Shown piece by piece: positions 52,975-63,199 of a DNA stretch of 64,000 nucleotides (the first letter of the stretch is position 1; every line of letters starts with the position of its first letter). This DNA is from Rickettsiales bacterium (GTDB taxonomy: Bacteria > Pseudomonadota > Alphaproteobacteria > Rickettsiales > UBA3002): the NCBI GenBank assembly GCA_028281385.1, contig JANQJY010000011.1, positions 3,937 to 67,936 of the forward strand. Reading direction: 5' to 3'. The position numbers and the translations under genes are program-made. The notes under the pieces are model-generated. The model was not told where the DNA came from. It saw nothing but the letters and a program-made list of their open reading frames with translations, and did not search any database.

Positions 52975-53560
52975 GACGCGTCTCCATCCACCGTTCGATA
53001 TAGCGCGCCATCAGATCGACCTCGATATTGATCTGATCGCCCGCCTCGCGTTCGTGTAGCGTCGTCTGTTCCCATGTATGCGGGATGATGTTGACAGTAA
53101 AAGAGCTATCCTCCACCTGATTCACCGTCAGTGAAATCCCGTCGACTGCGACGGAGCCTTTTTGCGCGATGAAAGGTGCGAGTGATTCGGGCAGTTCGAT
53201 CACCAGTTGGTGTGATGCATTGGCCGGCTCTATCAACCGGATGACACCACAACCATCGATATGGCCGGTGAGGAGATGGCCGCCCAACTCGTCTCCCATC
53301 CTTAAGGCGCTTTCGAGATTCAATCGCGTGCCTTTCTGCCAGTTGCCAGCGGTAGTCAGTGACAGAGTTTCCTGTGAAAGCGTGACGCCGAACCAGTCAT
53401 CCCCTTTATCGACGACCGTCAGGCAGATGCCACTACAGGCGATGGAAGCACCCATCGCCACCTGTGCCATGTCGAAAGACGTCTGCACACGCAGATAGTG
53501 ATCGCCGCGATCTTCTGTCGACAGCACGGTGCCGATATCGGTAATTATGCCGGTAAACAT
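52964..53560 (-). CDS. ribE: riboflavin synthase (alpha chain)
   Basis: MFTGIITDIGTV opening and a duplicated barrel (GASIACSGICLTV / GSVAVDGISLTV). Confidence 0.92.
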   Translation of the reverse strand: MFTGIITDIGTVLSTEDRGDHYLRVQTSFDMAQVAMGASIACSGICLTVVDKGDDWFGVTLSQETLSLTTAGNWQKGTRLNLESALRMGDELGGHLLTGHIDGCGVIRLIEPANASHQLVIELPESLAPFIAQKGSVAVDGISLTVNQVEDSSFTVNIIPHTWEQTTLHEREAGDQINIEVDLMARYIERWMETRHAA

Positions 53561-54663
53561 GGCCGTATCCTATACAGATCACAGACATCTTCGCCAAGCG
53601 AAATACGCTCAATCAACCTACGGCGCGGAATGTCGGATAAACTGGTTTGCGGTAAAGACGGCATGGCAGACTTGCCATCACCGCCGATAATCAGCGGTCC
53701 GCGGAACCAGTAAAGCTCATGCACCAGCCCGGCTTTAAGCATGGCACCGGATAGTGCCGGTCCGGCTTCGATCAGCAGACGGGTGACGCCTTCTTCCGCC
53801 AGAAGGGTGAGCACTTGCTGCAGATGCAGACCTGTATCCTCTTCTTCGACATAAAATAACCGCGCGCCCGATTCGGCAATGGCGGCTGCCTTGTCGGACG
53901 ATTCCATCTGCTGGCCGGTGATCACCCATAGCGGGCGATGAGCCGCCTGTCGCATCAGCTGACAATCGGGCAGGATACGTAATTCACGGTCCAGCACAAT
54001 GGCGGTGGGTGAGTCATTTTCACATCCTTGCAGACGGCAGGTAAGTGCCGGATCATCCGCCAGCACTGTGCCGATGCCGGTCAGAATGGCGTCATGCGTG
54101 CGGCGCAGATAATGGCCATACTGCCGCGCCTTTTCGCCGGTGATCCACTGGCTTTCACCGTCGGCGGTGGCCATCTTGCCGTCCAGCGAGGTGGCGAGCT
54201 TCATGGTAACCAGTGGGCAGGTGTGAATAATCCGGCTGAAAAAACCGCGATTCAGCTCGCGGGCTTCTTGCTCCATAACACTGGTGATCACGTCGATACC
54301 GGCCTTTTGCAACAGTGCGATACTGCTCCCTGATACACGCGGGTCTGGATCGGTACAGGCGATCACCACCCGTTGAATACCGGCATCGATCACTGCCTCT
54401 GCGCAGGGCGGTGTGTTACCGTGATGTGTGCAGGGCTCCAGCGTGACATAAAGCGTGGCACCCTTGGTCTTTTCATTGGCCATGGCCAGCGCTTCGATTT
54501 CAGCATGTGGGCGGCCGCCGCGAGCCGTTGCGCCGAGGCCGACGATGTTTCCCTCGCGGACGATGACGCAGCCCACCGCAGGATTCGGCATGGTCAGTCC
54601 AAGCTGCCCTTCGGCCAGGCGGAGCGCCTGTGTCATATAGCGGGAATGCGTATCGGATGCCAT
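53545..54663 (-). CDS. ribD: bifunctional diaminohydroxyphosphoribosylaminopyrimidine deaminase / 5-amino-6-(5-phosphoribosylamino)uracil reductase
   Basis: Deaminase zinc motifs HAE and LEPCTHHGNTPPC, plus a C-terminal reductase domain. Confidence 0.92.
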   Translation of the reverse strand: MASDTHSRYMTQALRLAEGQLGLTMPNPAVGCVIVREGNIVGLGATARGGRPHAEIEALAMANEKTKGATLYVTLEPCTHHGNTPPCAEAVIDAGIQRVVIACTDPDPRVSGSSIALLQKAGIDVITSVMEQEARELNRGFFSRIIHTCPLVTMKLATSLDGKMATADGESQWITGEKARQYGHYLRRTHDAILTGIGTVLADDPALTCRLQGCENDSPTAIVLDRELRILPDCQLMRQAAHRPLWVITGQQMESSDKAAAIAESGARLFYVEEEDTGLHLQQVLTLLAEEGVTRLLIEAGPALSGAMLKAGLVHELYWFRGPLIIGGDGKSAMPSLPQTSLSDIPRRRLIERISLGEDVCDLYRIRPCLPA

Positions 54664-54677
54664 GAGAGACTGGCCTG

Positions 54678-55136
54678 TCAGTCGGCCGCCGCTTTCATCT
54701 GTTCGACAAATTCCTCAAAATCCTTGGCCTCGCGGAAGTCGCGATAGACCGACGCATAGCGCACGTAAGCCACCATATCGATTGATTTCAGCTCCTCCAT
54801 CACGATTTCGCCGATCTTCTTGGTGGGGATTTCGCTCTCGCCCAGGCTTTCGAGTTTCTGCACCACACGGTTGACGGCTTTTTCCATCTGATCGGCGTCG
54901 ATCGGACGTTTACGCAGGGCGATGCTCATCGAGCGGGTGATTTTATCGCGGTCGAAAATGCGTCGCTCACCATTCGATTTAAGCACGGTCAGCTCGCGCA
55001 GCTGTACGCGCTCAAAGGTGGTAAAGCGCGAATTGCAGGCACCGCAATAACGTCGGCGGCGAATGGTGCTACCATCTTCGCTTGGGCGCGAATCCTTGAC
55101 CTGGGTATCCTGATTTCCGCAAAATGGGCAGCGCAT
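54678..55136 (-). CDS. nrdR: transcriptional repressor NrdR
   Basis: MRCPFCG...CGAC zinc ribbon followed by an ATP-cone. Confidence 0.93.
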   Translation of the reverse strand: MRCPFCGNQDTQVKDSRPSEDGSTIRRRRYCGACNSRFTTFERVQLRELTVLKSNGERRIFDRDKITRSMSIALRKRPIDADQMEKAVNRVVQKLESLGESEIPTKKIGEIVMEELKSIDMVAYVRYASVYRDFREAKDFEEFVEQMKAAAD

Positions 55137-55156
55137 GACCTATTCTCCGTTTATTT

Positions 55157-55272
55157 GTCATTCCGTGGCGCATAAATGTGCGTCTGCACATTTTGTGAAC
55201 ACGGAACCTTGTTGTTATGAGATCCCGTGTTCATGGTTTTTGCAAAAGCAAAAACCATGAACACGGGATGAC
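55157..55272. mobile_element. MITE-like double-hairpin element (GTCAT...ATGAC family), copy 3
   Basis: Termini GTCATTCCGTG ... CACGGGATGAC. Arm 1 is TTCCGTG...AAATGTGC-GTCT-GCACATTT...CACGGAA. Arm 2 is a 22-bp perfect stem, ATCCCGTGTTCATGGTTTTTGC-AAAA-GCAAAAACCATGAACACGGGAT. Confidence 0.6.
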
Positions 55273-55305
55273 AATAATAGTAAGGGCGGCGCATGCTATA
55301 TCCTC

Positions 55306-56664
55306 TTATCCGTTGAACGCGTGATAGATCGGGAAACGTTCGCACAGATGTTTCACTTTGGCGGCAACGTCTTTTTCGATGGCGCTGTTATCTTCGGGAT
55401 TGTCCGCCAGCCCGTCGAGCACATCGCTGATGAGATGGCCGACTTCGACAAACTCGTCCTTTCCGAAACCGCGCGTCGTTCCCGCCGGGGTGCCGAGGCG
55501 AATGCCGGAGGTGATCATCGGCGGTTGCGGATCAAACGGAATGGCGTTTTTGTTGCAGGTCAGCCCGGCGCGCTCCAGAGAATCCTCGACCTTATCGCCG
55601 GTCAGCGATTTCGGACGCAGATCGACCAGGACGATGTGGTTGTCCGTGCCGCCCGAGACGATATCCACACCGCGTGACTGCAGGGTATCGGCCAAGGCGC
55701 GGGCATTGTCCACCACCGCCTGACCGTAAGCCTTGAAGGAATCATCGAGCGCTTCACCGAAAGCGACGGCCTTGGCGGCGATCACATGCATTAGCGGTCC
55801 GCCCTGAATGCCGGGGAAAATGGCGGAATTGATCGCCTGTGCCAGGGTGATGTCCTTACCGCTTTTGGTGGTACGCACCACCTTGTCCGGATGGTTTGAC
55901 AGGATCAACCCGCCGCGCGGGCCGCGCAGGGTTTTATGCGTGGTGGTGGTGACGGCATCGGCATAAGGCAGTGGGCTCGGATAAGACCCGGCGGCGACCA
56001 GCCCGGCGACATGTGCCATATCGACCAGCAGCCAGGCGCCGACGGCATCGGCGATTTCGCGGAAGCGTGCCCAGTCGACTACGCGCGGATAGGCCGAAAA
56101 TCCGGCGATAATCATTTCGGGTTTATGCTCTTTGGCGAGAGCCTCGACCTGATCATAATCGATCAGCGCATCTTCTTCGCGTACGCCATATTGAATCGCA
56201 TTGAACCATTTACCCGACTGATTGGGCGCAGCACCATGCGTCAGATGGCCGCCGGCGGCAAGCGACTGGCCGAGAATCGTCGCGCCCGGTTTGAGCAGGG
56301 CGGTAAACACGCCCTGATTGGCCTGTGAACCGGAGTTGGGCTGAACGTTGGCATAAGCGCAGTCAAACAGTTTTTTGGCGCGCTCGATTGCCAGTTCTTC
56401 CGCCACATCGACACATTCACAGCCGCCGTAATAGCGTTTGCCGGGATAGCCTTCGGCATATTTGTTGGTCAGGACGGACCCCTGCGCTTCCAGTACGGCA
56501 CGGCTGACAATGTTTTCCGAGGCGATTAACTCGACCTGATGCTGCTGACGCCTGAGTTCCGACTCCAGCGCCTCGAACAGCTCCTTATCACTGTCACTTA
56601 CGCTGCGGCTGAAGAAATCGCTGGTATTGTCCTGATGGTCTTTCATGACGGTCACATTGTTCAT
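55306..56664 (-). CDS. glyA: serine hydroxymethyltransferase
   Basis: PLP-lysine motif [23 protein letters not shown] before ATG 56664. The longer track ORF overlaps the upstream gene. Confidence 0.93.
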   Translation of the reverse strand: MNNVTVMKDHQDNTSDFFSRSVSDSDKELFEALESELRRQQHQVELIASENIVSRAVLEAQGSVLTNKYAEGYPGKRYYGGCECVDVAEELAIERAKKLFDCAYANVQPNSGSQANQGVFTALLKPGATILGQSLAAGGHLTHGAAPNQSGKWFNAIQYGVREEDALIDYDQVEALAKEHKPEMIIAGFSAYPRVVDWARFREIADAVGAWLLVDMAHVAGLVAAGSYPSPLPYADAVTTTTHKTLRGPRGGLILSNHPDKVVRTTKSGKDITLAQAINSAIFPGIQGGPLMHVIAAKAVAFGEALDDSFKAYGQAVVDNARALADTLQSRGVDIVSGGTDNHIVLVDLRPKSLTGDKVEDSLERAGLTCNKNAIPFDPQPPMITSGIRLGTPAGTTRGFGKDEFVEVGHLISDVLDGLADNPEDNSAIEKDVAAKVKHLCERFPIYHAFNG

Positions 56665-56683
56665 TCGAGTGGTTCCTTTCGTC

Positions 56684-57073
56684 CTAAAAAAATGTGTGAG
56701 GTTGCGTGATATCACGCTGTTCAAACAGCCGCATCCAGCCTTTGGCGATACGGTAGATAATCCATAATGCGGCGATTAACATCAACCCGCCGCCGATGGG
56801 CGCGAGAATGACGGTCAGGCTGAGAATCATATTGATGATACCGGTGACGGCCAGCAGCAACGTGCCGATCCAGAAGGTGCGGATGGCCCAGCGGAAATGG
56901 CCGGCATACGGGCTGCCCTCGGCGTTTTCACGTTTGATATAGGTCAGGCCGAGCCCGATGACCGGACTGATGATGGTCAGAAATCCGGCGGCATAGCAGG
57001 CATAGACGATATGCAGCATCTGTCTGAGATGCTTGTCGTCTGGTTGGTCGATCACGGTACCGGTATCATTCAT
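56684..57073 (-). CDS. small integral membrane protein (129 aa, 3-4 TM)
   Basis: Hydrophobic segments [62 protein letters not shown]. Family uncertain. Confidence 0.55.
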   Translation of the reverse strand: MNDTGTVIDQPDDKHLRQMLHIVYACYAAGFLTIISPVIGLGLTYIKRENAEGSPYAGHFRWAIRTFWIGTLLLAVTGIINMILSLTVILAPIGGGLMLIAALWIIYRIAKGWMRLFEQRDITQPHTFF

Positions 57074-57513
57074 CAGCCTAATTTCTCCACTCTTTTTTCA
57101 TGGCGTCCACCTTCGAACTCCGTGGATAGAAACGCATCGACACAGGCTTTGGCATCTGTTTCATCGATAACGCGTGCGCCCAGAGCCAACACATTGGCAT
57201 TATTATGCTGGCGGGCCAGTGCAGCCGTGTCTGCATTATGACACAGCGCGGCGCGCACGCCGTGATGACGGTTGGCGGCGATGCTGATGCCGATACCCGA
57301 GCCGCAGATGACAATGCCTTTTTCCGCCTGTCCGGAGATGATCGCTTTCGCCAGCGCATGGCCAAAGTCGGGATAATCGACCGAATCTTCACTGTCGGTG
57401 CCGAGATCAAGCACGGCGTGGCCTTGTGACGAGACATACTCCGCCAGCAGCGTTTTGAGCGCATAGCCTGCATGATCGCTTGCCAGGGCAATGGGTCGTG
57501 CCATGATCATCAT
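57073..57513 (-). CDS. rpiB: ribose-5-phosphate isomerase B
   Basis: IALASDHAGY and ICGSGIGISIAAN motifs. Confidence 0.9.
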   Translation of the reverse strand: MMIMARPIALASDHAGYALKTLLAEYVSSQGHAVLDLGTDSEDSVDYPDFGHALAKAIISGQAEKGIVICGSGIGISIAANRHHGVRAALCHNADTAALARQHNNANVLALGARVIDETDAKACVDAFLSTEFEGGRHEKRVEKLG

Positions 57514-57710
57514 CCATCTTTAGTGTTTATGAACGCAATATATTGTGAGGCTTATTGGCATGAAAAAGATGGATATGCAATCAAATAATGCGGGATATCA
57601 GTAAGCTGGTGTGATTTATGAACAATCCGTTCAAAGATATTGCCTTCAATATCTGGTGTATTCATGGGCGGAGTATGCTATGCTGCTGCGCATGGAAAAG
57701 GGTCAAGCAA

Positions 57711-58514
57711 ATGAATTTTATCGATAACCTGTCGCAGTATCCATGGCTTGCCTATGGCGTGGTCGGTTTTGTCGGTGCCTGTTTCGGCAGCTTCCTGACC
57801 CTGCTGAGTCATCGCCTGCCGCGTGGTGAACCGGTTGTATCAAAACGATCACGCTGCCCATCCTGTGAGACACCTTTGGCGGTGCGTGATCTGGTGCCTG
57901 TATTGTCCTGGTGTATCTCGACTGGCACTTGCCGGTATTGCCGAGTGAAAATACCGGTGCGTTATCCGTTGATAGAGCTGGTAACCATGGGGAGTTTTCT
58001 GCTGCTTTACCATGCCTATGGTTTCACGGTGGAGGGTGTGATTCTGACCGGGCTGGTCTGTTGCGTCATCGGATTGATTGTGACGGATCTCGAGCATTAT
58101 ATGATCCCGGATACTTTCCAGATTGTCATGGCGTTGCTGGCGCTGGCCTATGGTTTTATGCAGGAGTGGGAATTACTCGATATGATGACGGCAGCTGTTG
58201 CGGGTGTGGCGATCGGCCTTGCTCTGATTTATGGCTTTCGCTGGTGGCGTCAGAAGGAAGCGCTGGGATTCGGGGATGTGAAACTGCTCGGCGTGGCCGG
58301 ATTGTGGCTGGGCATCGAAGCGCTGATTCCGTTTTTATTCTATGCCGGTATTTTAGGCATCATGTCAGCGATGCTATGGCGTTTGCTCGGCAGAGGCGCG
58401 GTGTTTCCTTTCGGGCCGGCACTGGCATTGTCGATGTTGCTATGCATTTTTTTTCCTGAAGTCCCGAACGCTTTTTGGAGTATGGATCAGTGGATTGTGG
58501 CATGGATAGGGTAG
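57711..58514 (+). CDS. pilD: PilD/GspO-type prepilin peptidase / N-methyltransferase
   Basis: N-terminal Cys pairs CPSCETPL...CRYCRV. Catalytic Asp contexts VTDLEHYMIPD and GFGDVKLLG. ATG 57711 is preferred. Confidence 0.85.
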   Translation: MNFIDNLSQYPWLAYGVVGFVGACFGSFLTLLSHRLPRGEPVVSKRSRCPSCETPLAVRDLVPVLSWCISTGTCRYCRVKIPVRYPLIELVTMGSFLLLYHAYGFTVEGVILTGLVCCVIGLIVTDLEHYMIPDTFQIVMALLALAYGFMQEWELLDMMTAAVAGVAIGLALIYGFRWWRQKEALGFGDVKLLGVAGLWLGIEALIPFLFYAGILGIMSAMLWRLLGRGAVFPFGPALALSMLLCIFFPEVPNAFWSMDQWIVAWIG

Positions 58515-58627
58515 TGGAACATGGTTATCCACAGCTTGCGTAGTGGCAATATTGCATCATTGTAAATCACTCATTTTGTGGTATAGGTAAAAGAAAAATA
58601 CTATCACTAGTGGTTAGTGGGTGAATT

Positions 58628-60514
58628 ATGTGGTTACGTTATCTTCGCACGATTTCTCTAAGTAGCATGCTGTTTGTTGCGTCCTGCGCAACCGAGGGCG
58701 GCTTTTTCGATAAAACCAAATATGATCAGTTCGATCGCGATTTAAGCTTAACGCGTGACGACTATGAGCATATGGCCGCACCGGCCGAAAAAACACAAGG
58801 GGAGGAGCCGGAGCTCGAACTGACGGCTCCGCTTGCACCGCCGGTACCGGAAATTGCGCAGATGCTGGCGGCACCGCGTCCGCCTCAGATCGGGGAGGCG
58901 AAACTCGTTTCCGTTGCGGTGACCGATGATGTGCCGCTTAAAGACGTATTACTGGAACTGGCGCGACTAGCGGATGTGGATATTGAACTGGATGCAGGCA
59001 TTGCCGGCGGTATTTCCTTTATCGCCAACGATAAACCTTTCAACGAAGTGATTGAACGCATTTCCGATCTGGCTGGTTTGCGTTACACGATGAAAAATGA
59101 CGTGCTGCGCGTTGAACGTGATGTTCCTTATATTCAAAATTACTCGATTGATTTTCTCAATGTCGTACGCAACAGCGAAAGTGAAGTCAGCATCGCCACC
59201 GATGTATTATCGTCATCTGGTGGTGGCGAAGGTGATTCGGGTGGCAGCGGTTTGACTACCGGTACAACCTCGACCATTTCCTCGAGCACGGAAAGTGATT
59301 TTTGGGAGTCTTTGGAGTCGGGATTGACAGAAATTCTCAATTACGTCCCTCAGCAAAGAGTCTCTTCAGGAGATACAGACGATATATTTGGAGCAGGATT
59401 TAGTCCCGTTGGTGCCGGCACAGCTGCTACCACGACGACTGCGACTGACTCGGCTTCGAGTGGAGACGGCTCTTCAGGAACCGGCAGCGGTTCGGGTTCG
59501 GGGGCAGAAGGTGCCTTTTATGTTGTCAACCGTCAGGCTGGTATCTTATCTGTTTCGGCATCGCAGCGTCAGCATGGGTTAATTGAACAGTATCTCGGAC
59601 TGTTGGAGCGTAGTGTATCAGCACAGGTTCTGATTGAGGCGAAGATCGTTGAAGTGGTGCTGGATAAAGACTTCAATACCGGTGTTAACTGGACATCCGT
59701 ATTAGGCAACAGCGATTTTGAATTCAGTTTTCCCAACACCTTTACCGACTTTGCTTCCTTTTCGATTTTGGGACCGGGAGTGGATACCGATGGAGTGGGT
59801 GCGGAAAATACGACAGGCGACAATAACCTGGGCGTGGAACTGGATGCGGTGGTACAGCTGGCAGAAAGCTTCGGCACCATTCGCACGCTGGCCAGTCCGC
59901 GGCTGCATGCGGTGAATAACCAGCAGGCGGTCTTCACCTTTGCGCGCAATCAGGTGTTTTTCCAGGTGGATGTTGAACAGGAAGATGATGTAATAGTCGA
60001 TGGTGCGGTTATTGAAGGTGCGATCACCTTCACGACGGAACGTCAGTCAGTGCCGGTCGGTATCATTCTGTCAATCCTGCCCTCCATTAACCTTGAAACC
60101 AATGAAGTGACATTAAGTGTCAGACCGACTTTGTCGCGTCAGGTCGCGGAAGTGACCGATCCCGGCTCTGCGTTAGTCAACAGTACCCTTCCCGAAGATC
60201 AACGTTTTATCAACCAGATTCCGGTGGTGGAAGTACGCGAGCTTGATTCCGTGATGAAAATCAAAAGCGGTGCGGTGATGGTCATCGGCGGATTGATGCA
60301 GGATGTGGTGGATATCCGTGAAACGGGCCTGCCCGGTGTGAGCGATATTCCGTGGTTAGGCAATGCCTTCAAAAGCAACTCGGAAGAGATCGATAAAACC
60401 GAACTGGTCATCTTTATCAAGGCGAGCATTGTGAGTCCTCGCGGTAACTACGATCCGGCGGATAAGATGATTTATGAGAAGTTCACCGATGATCCGAGAC
60501 CGCTTGCATTCTAA
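58628..60514 (+). CDS. lipoprotein secretin (MshL/PilQ/GspD family)
   Basis: Lipobox VASC. N0-like module VSVAVTDDVPLKDVLLELARLADVDIELD...GLRYTMKNDVLRV. Gly/Ser/Thr-rich linker. C-terminal secretin domain (LIEAKIVEV..., IPVVEVRELDSVMKIKSGAVMVIGGL, GVSDIPWLGNAFKS...ELVIFIKASIV). Confidence 0.85.
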   Translation: MWLRYLRTISLSSMLFVASCATEGGFFDKTKYDQFDRDLSLTRDDYEHMAAPAEKTQGEEPELELTAPLAPPVPEIAQMLAAPRPPQIGEAKLVSVAVTDDVPLKDVLLELARLADVDIELDAGIAGGISFIANDKPFNEVIERISDLAGLRYTMKNDVLRVERDVPYIQNYSIDFLNVVRNSESEVSIATDVLSSSGGGEGDSGGSGLTTGTTSTISSSTESDFWESLESGLTEILNYVPQQRVSSGDTDDIFGAGFSPVGAGTAATTTTATDSASSGDGSSGTGSGSGSGAEGAFYVVNRQAGILSVSASQRQHGLIEQYLGLLERSVSAQVLIEAKIVEVVLDKDFNTGVNWTSVLGNSDFEFSFPNTFTDFASFSILGPGVDTDGVGAENTTGDNNLGVELDAVVQLAESFGTIRTLASPRLHAVNNQQAVFTFARNQVFFQVDVEQEDDVIVDGAVIEGAITFTTERQSVPVGIILSILPSINLETNEVTLSVRPTLSRQVAEVTDPGSALVNSTLPEDQRFINQIPVVEVRELDSVMKIKSGAVMVIGGLMQDVVDIRETGLPGVSDIPWLGNAFKSNSEEIDKTELVIFIKASIVSPRGNYDPADKMIYEKFTDDPRPLAF

Positions 60515-60530
60515 GAGGTAAGGGACGGTC

Positions 60531-61295
60531 ATGCTAACCAATGTACGCTATATTCTGATCACGGCTGTACGCGATCGATTATTTGTCTGGTTATGTTTCA
60601 GCATAATACTTGCCATCTATATTTCCTATGCCATGGGCGGCACGGCGTTGCTTGAACCCGAACAGATGACCATTGCCTTCAGCGCGGCAGCCAGCAGGGT
60701 GATTCTGGTGATAGGATTGATCGTATTCGTATGTTTTCATGTTAAACACGCGTTCGATAGCAAGGAAATTGATGTATTATTATCGCGCCCCATTTCGAGG
60801 TCCAATCTGGTCATCTCCTATTGGCTTGGTTTTGCTTCCGTGGCGACGTTACTGTTATTTCCGGTGATCATCCTGCTTTATATTGTCGGCGTGTTAAGCC
60901 AGACCGGGTTCTGGGCATGGTCACTCAGCCTGTTGTTGGAAATCTGGCTGGTGATTGCTGTTAGCCTGTTCGCATCGTTAACACTCAAAAGCGCCGTAGG
61001 GTCGGTCCTGGCCGGGTTTGGTTTTTATACTCTGTCGCGGATGATGGGCTTTTTTCTCGCGACCGCTGAGTCAGGTGTGCTTTTTTCTCACAGCGAACTT
61101 AATCAAACGATACGTTTTATTATTGATGCGATCTCACTGCTCATTCCCCGGCTTGATTTCTTTGCCAAGAGTGACTGGCTGATTCACAGTATCAGGGGCA
61201 TAGAGGACGTGTATCTGTTCGGTGCACAGGCGCTTATCTTCATTCCCTTGCTTGTGCTGGCCTCCATTATTGATTTCAAGCGAAAGCAATTTTAA
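60531..61295 (+). CDS. polytopic inner-membrane protein (~6 TM), uncharacterised
   Basis: Starts 16 nt after the secretin stop. Six hydrophobic helices by eye. No ATPase partner. Family not recognised, though the topology is loosely ABC-2-permease-like. Confidence 0.55.
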   Translation: MLTNVRYILITAVRDRLFVWLCFSIILAIYISYAMGGTALLEPEQMTIAFSAAASRVILVIGLIVFVCFHVKHAFDSKEIDVLLSRPISRSNLVISYWLGFASVATLLLFPVIILLYIVGVLSQTGFWAWSLSLLLEIWLVIAVSLFASLTLKSAVGSVLAGFGFYTLSRMMGFFLATAESGVLFSHSELNQTIRFIIDAISLLIPRLDFFAKSDWLIHSIRGIEDVYLFGAQALIFIPLLVLASIIDFKRKQF

Positions 61296-61299
61296 ATCC

Positions 61300-62061
61300 A
61301 TGGTACGGCTTTCCCTGCGCTATGCTCTCCTGGCTTTTTTTATGCTGTTGCAGATTGTGTTCTGGTATCGCACGACGGATATCGTTCCTGATATGTCTAT
61401 TGTGCCTGATGTGCCGGGTAAGGAAACCGTCAAGGCGATATCGTTTGGCGACGAACAAGCGTTCTTCCGGGTATTGGGCTTGCAGATTCAGAACGCCGGC
61501 GATACCTTCGGCCGGTTTACCGCACTGAAAGACTATGACTTCAATAAACTCTATCACTGGTTTTCATTGCTTGACACACTTGACGATACATCGAATTACA
61601 TTCCTTCCATGGCGACCTATTATTTTAGCCAGACGCAAAACAAACAGGATGTCAAATATGTAATCGATTATCTGATTGAGCATTCCGCTCATCGGATAAG
61701 TGAAAAATGGTGGTGGCTGGTGCAGGCGATTTATCTGGCGAATCACAAGCTGGAAAATCCTGCGTTAGCGCTGGAGATTGCAAAAAAGCTGGAAGGCCAT
61801 ACCGATATTCCGCTGTGGGCTCAGCAGATGCCGGCCTTTGTTTACGAAAAGCAGGGAGAGTTTGAACAGGCATTGCGGATCATCGACAATATCATCAAAA
61901 ACCAGGATGATTTTTCACGCGGCGAAATCAACTTCATGTATCATTTTGTCGAGGAACGGCTCGGGAAACTTGAAGAGATGGATGAAAAGCTCAAAAAACT
62001 GAAAGCGATCAATGAACAAAAAGAGAAAGAAATGGAAAGCGAGGGAGAAGGCGCGGAATAA
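61300..62061 (+). CDS. single-pass membrane protein with a helical-repeat body and charged coiled-coil tail, uncharacterised
   Basis: ATG 61300 (MVRLSLRYALLAFFMLLQIVFWY) lies 4 nt after the preceding stop. TPR-like helices (EKQGEFEQALRIIDNII). KE-rich C-terminus. Confidence 0.5.
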   Translation: MVRLSLRYALLAFFMLLQIVFWYRTTDIVPDMSIVPDVPGKETVKAISFGDEQAFFRVLGLQIQNAGDTFGRFTALKDYDFNKLYHWFSLLDTLDDTSNYIPSMATYYFSQTQNKQDVKYVIDYLIEHSAHRISEKWWWLVQAIYLANHKLENPALALEIAKKLEGHTDIPLWAQQMPAFVYEKQGEFEQALRIIDNIIKNQDDFSRGEINFMYHFVEERLGKLEEMDEKLKKLKAINEQKEKEMESEGEGAE

Positions 62062-62125
62062 TACTTTACTGTAGATAAAAATTCGGCACCATATGGTGTG
62101 ATCATATGGATATGTAAAAGAGGTC

Positions 62126-63199
62126 ATGTTGCCAGCAGCGAATGAAACTATGTTCAGTCTTTATCAGGCATTGCAACTGGCGGCATTGCTTCCCTGTCTG
62201 TTTGTAATTGGTTTTCTGCTTTATTATGCGAAAGCATCGAGAACGTCCGTCACACCCATTCTTTATTTTCTCAGTCTGAGTTGCAGTTTTATGCTGCCGT
62301 TATTGTCATATGTGATGGATAATCCATATTACACAAAAGGTGTCTTACTGTTTGGGCAGAGTCTGCAGCCTGCATTGTGTTTTCTATTGATCGTACAATT
62401 GCTGACACAGCGCATTCCACCTTTTTATCATTGGTTCGTATTGTCTCTTCCGGTGATCGGTAGCAGCTCGATTATCTATGCCGGTCTAATCACCGAGGCG
62501 GATGTCTGTTTTCTGGAGAATGTCTGCACCGATACCATCACCATCAAAACACTGTATCAACTGTTTGCCACCAGCTTTATTTTCCTGCTGTTGATGATGC
62601 AGCTATCCCAAAAGAGTGAATCAATCGCGAAGAGTACCACACAGAAGAACCGGTACTGGATTGTCATTACACTCATCCTGCTGAACCTGTTACTGGTCGG
62701 GTTTGATCTGTCATTTCTTGTCGGACAATTAACCATGTCGGAGGTTGAAACGTTGCAGACTATCATCCGTATCGGTTTTATTTATCTGGTGCTGACGTCG
62801 CTTTTTCGGATCTACGATTCCGGTTCACAGGCACGGCAATCCATGCCAAAGCCGATCGATCCGGAGATTGTCAGACGGCTTGAGGTAAAGATGATGAAGG
62901 AGATGATGTACCGTGACATGGGGTGCAATCGAAAGACGATAGCGGAAGCCGTCAATGTCAGCGAGCATTTATTATCCCGTATTATCAACCAACATTTCAA
63001 AAAGAATATCAGTGAATATGTGAATGGTTACCGCGTGGAAGAAGCAAAGAAGCGCCTGCGGGAAGAAGACACCTCCATCACTGTGATTGCGTTTGAAGTT
63101 GGTTTCAGCAGTATTGCGTCATTCAACCGTGTGTTCAAAGAGATGGTCGGACATTCACCGACAGAGTACCGTGCCGGACAGGCGCAAGTCACTGCCTAA
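62126..63199 (+). CDS. membrane-bound AraC-family transcriptional regulator (7 TM N-terminal domain)
   Basis: Seven hydrophobic helices, then a C-terminal AraC HTH (IAEAVNVSEHLLSRIINQHF...VIAFEVGFSSIASFNRVFKEMVGHSPTEYR). Confidence 0.8.
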   Translation: MLPAANETMFSLYQALQLAALLPCLFVIGFLLYYAKASRTSVTPILYFLSLSCSFMLPLLSYVMDNPYYTKGVLLFGQSLQPALCFLLIVQLLTQRIPPFYHWFVLSLPVIGSSSIIYAGLITEADVCFLENVCTDTITIKTLYQLFATSFIFLLLMMQLSQKSESIAKSTTQKNRYWIVITLILLNLLLVGFDLSFLVGQLTMSEVETLQTIIRIGFIYLVLTSLFRIYDSGSQARQSMPKPIDPEIVRRLEVKMMKEMMYRDMGCNRKTIAEAVNVSEHLLSRIINQHFKKNISEYVNGYRVEEAKKRLREEDTSITVIAFEVGFSSIASFNRVFKEMVGHSPTEYRAGQAQVTA

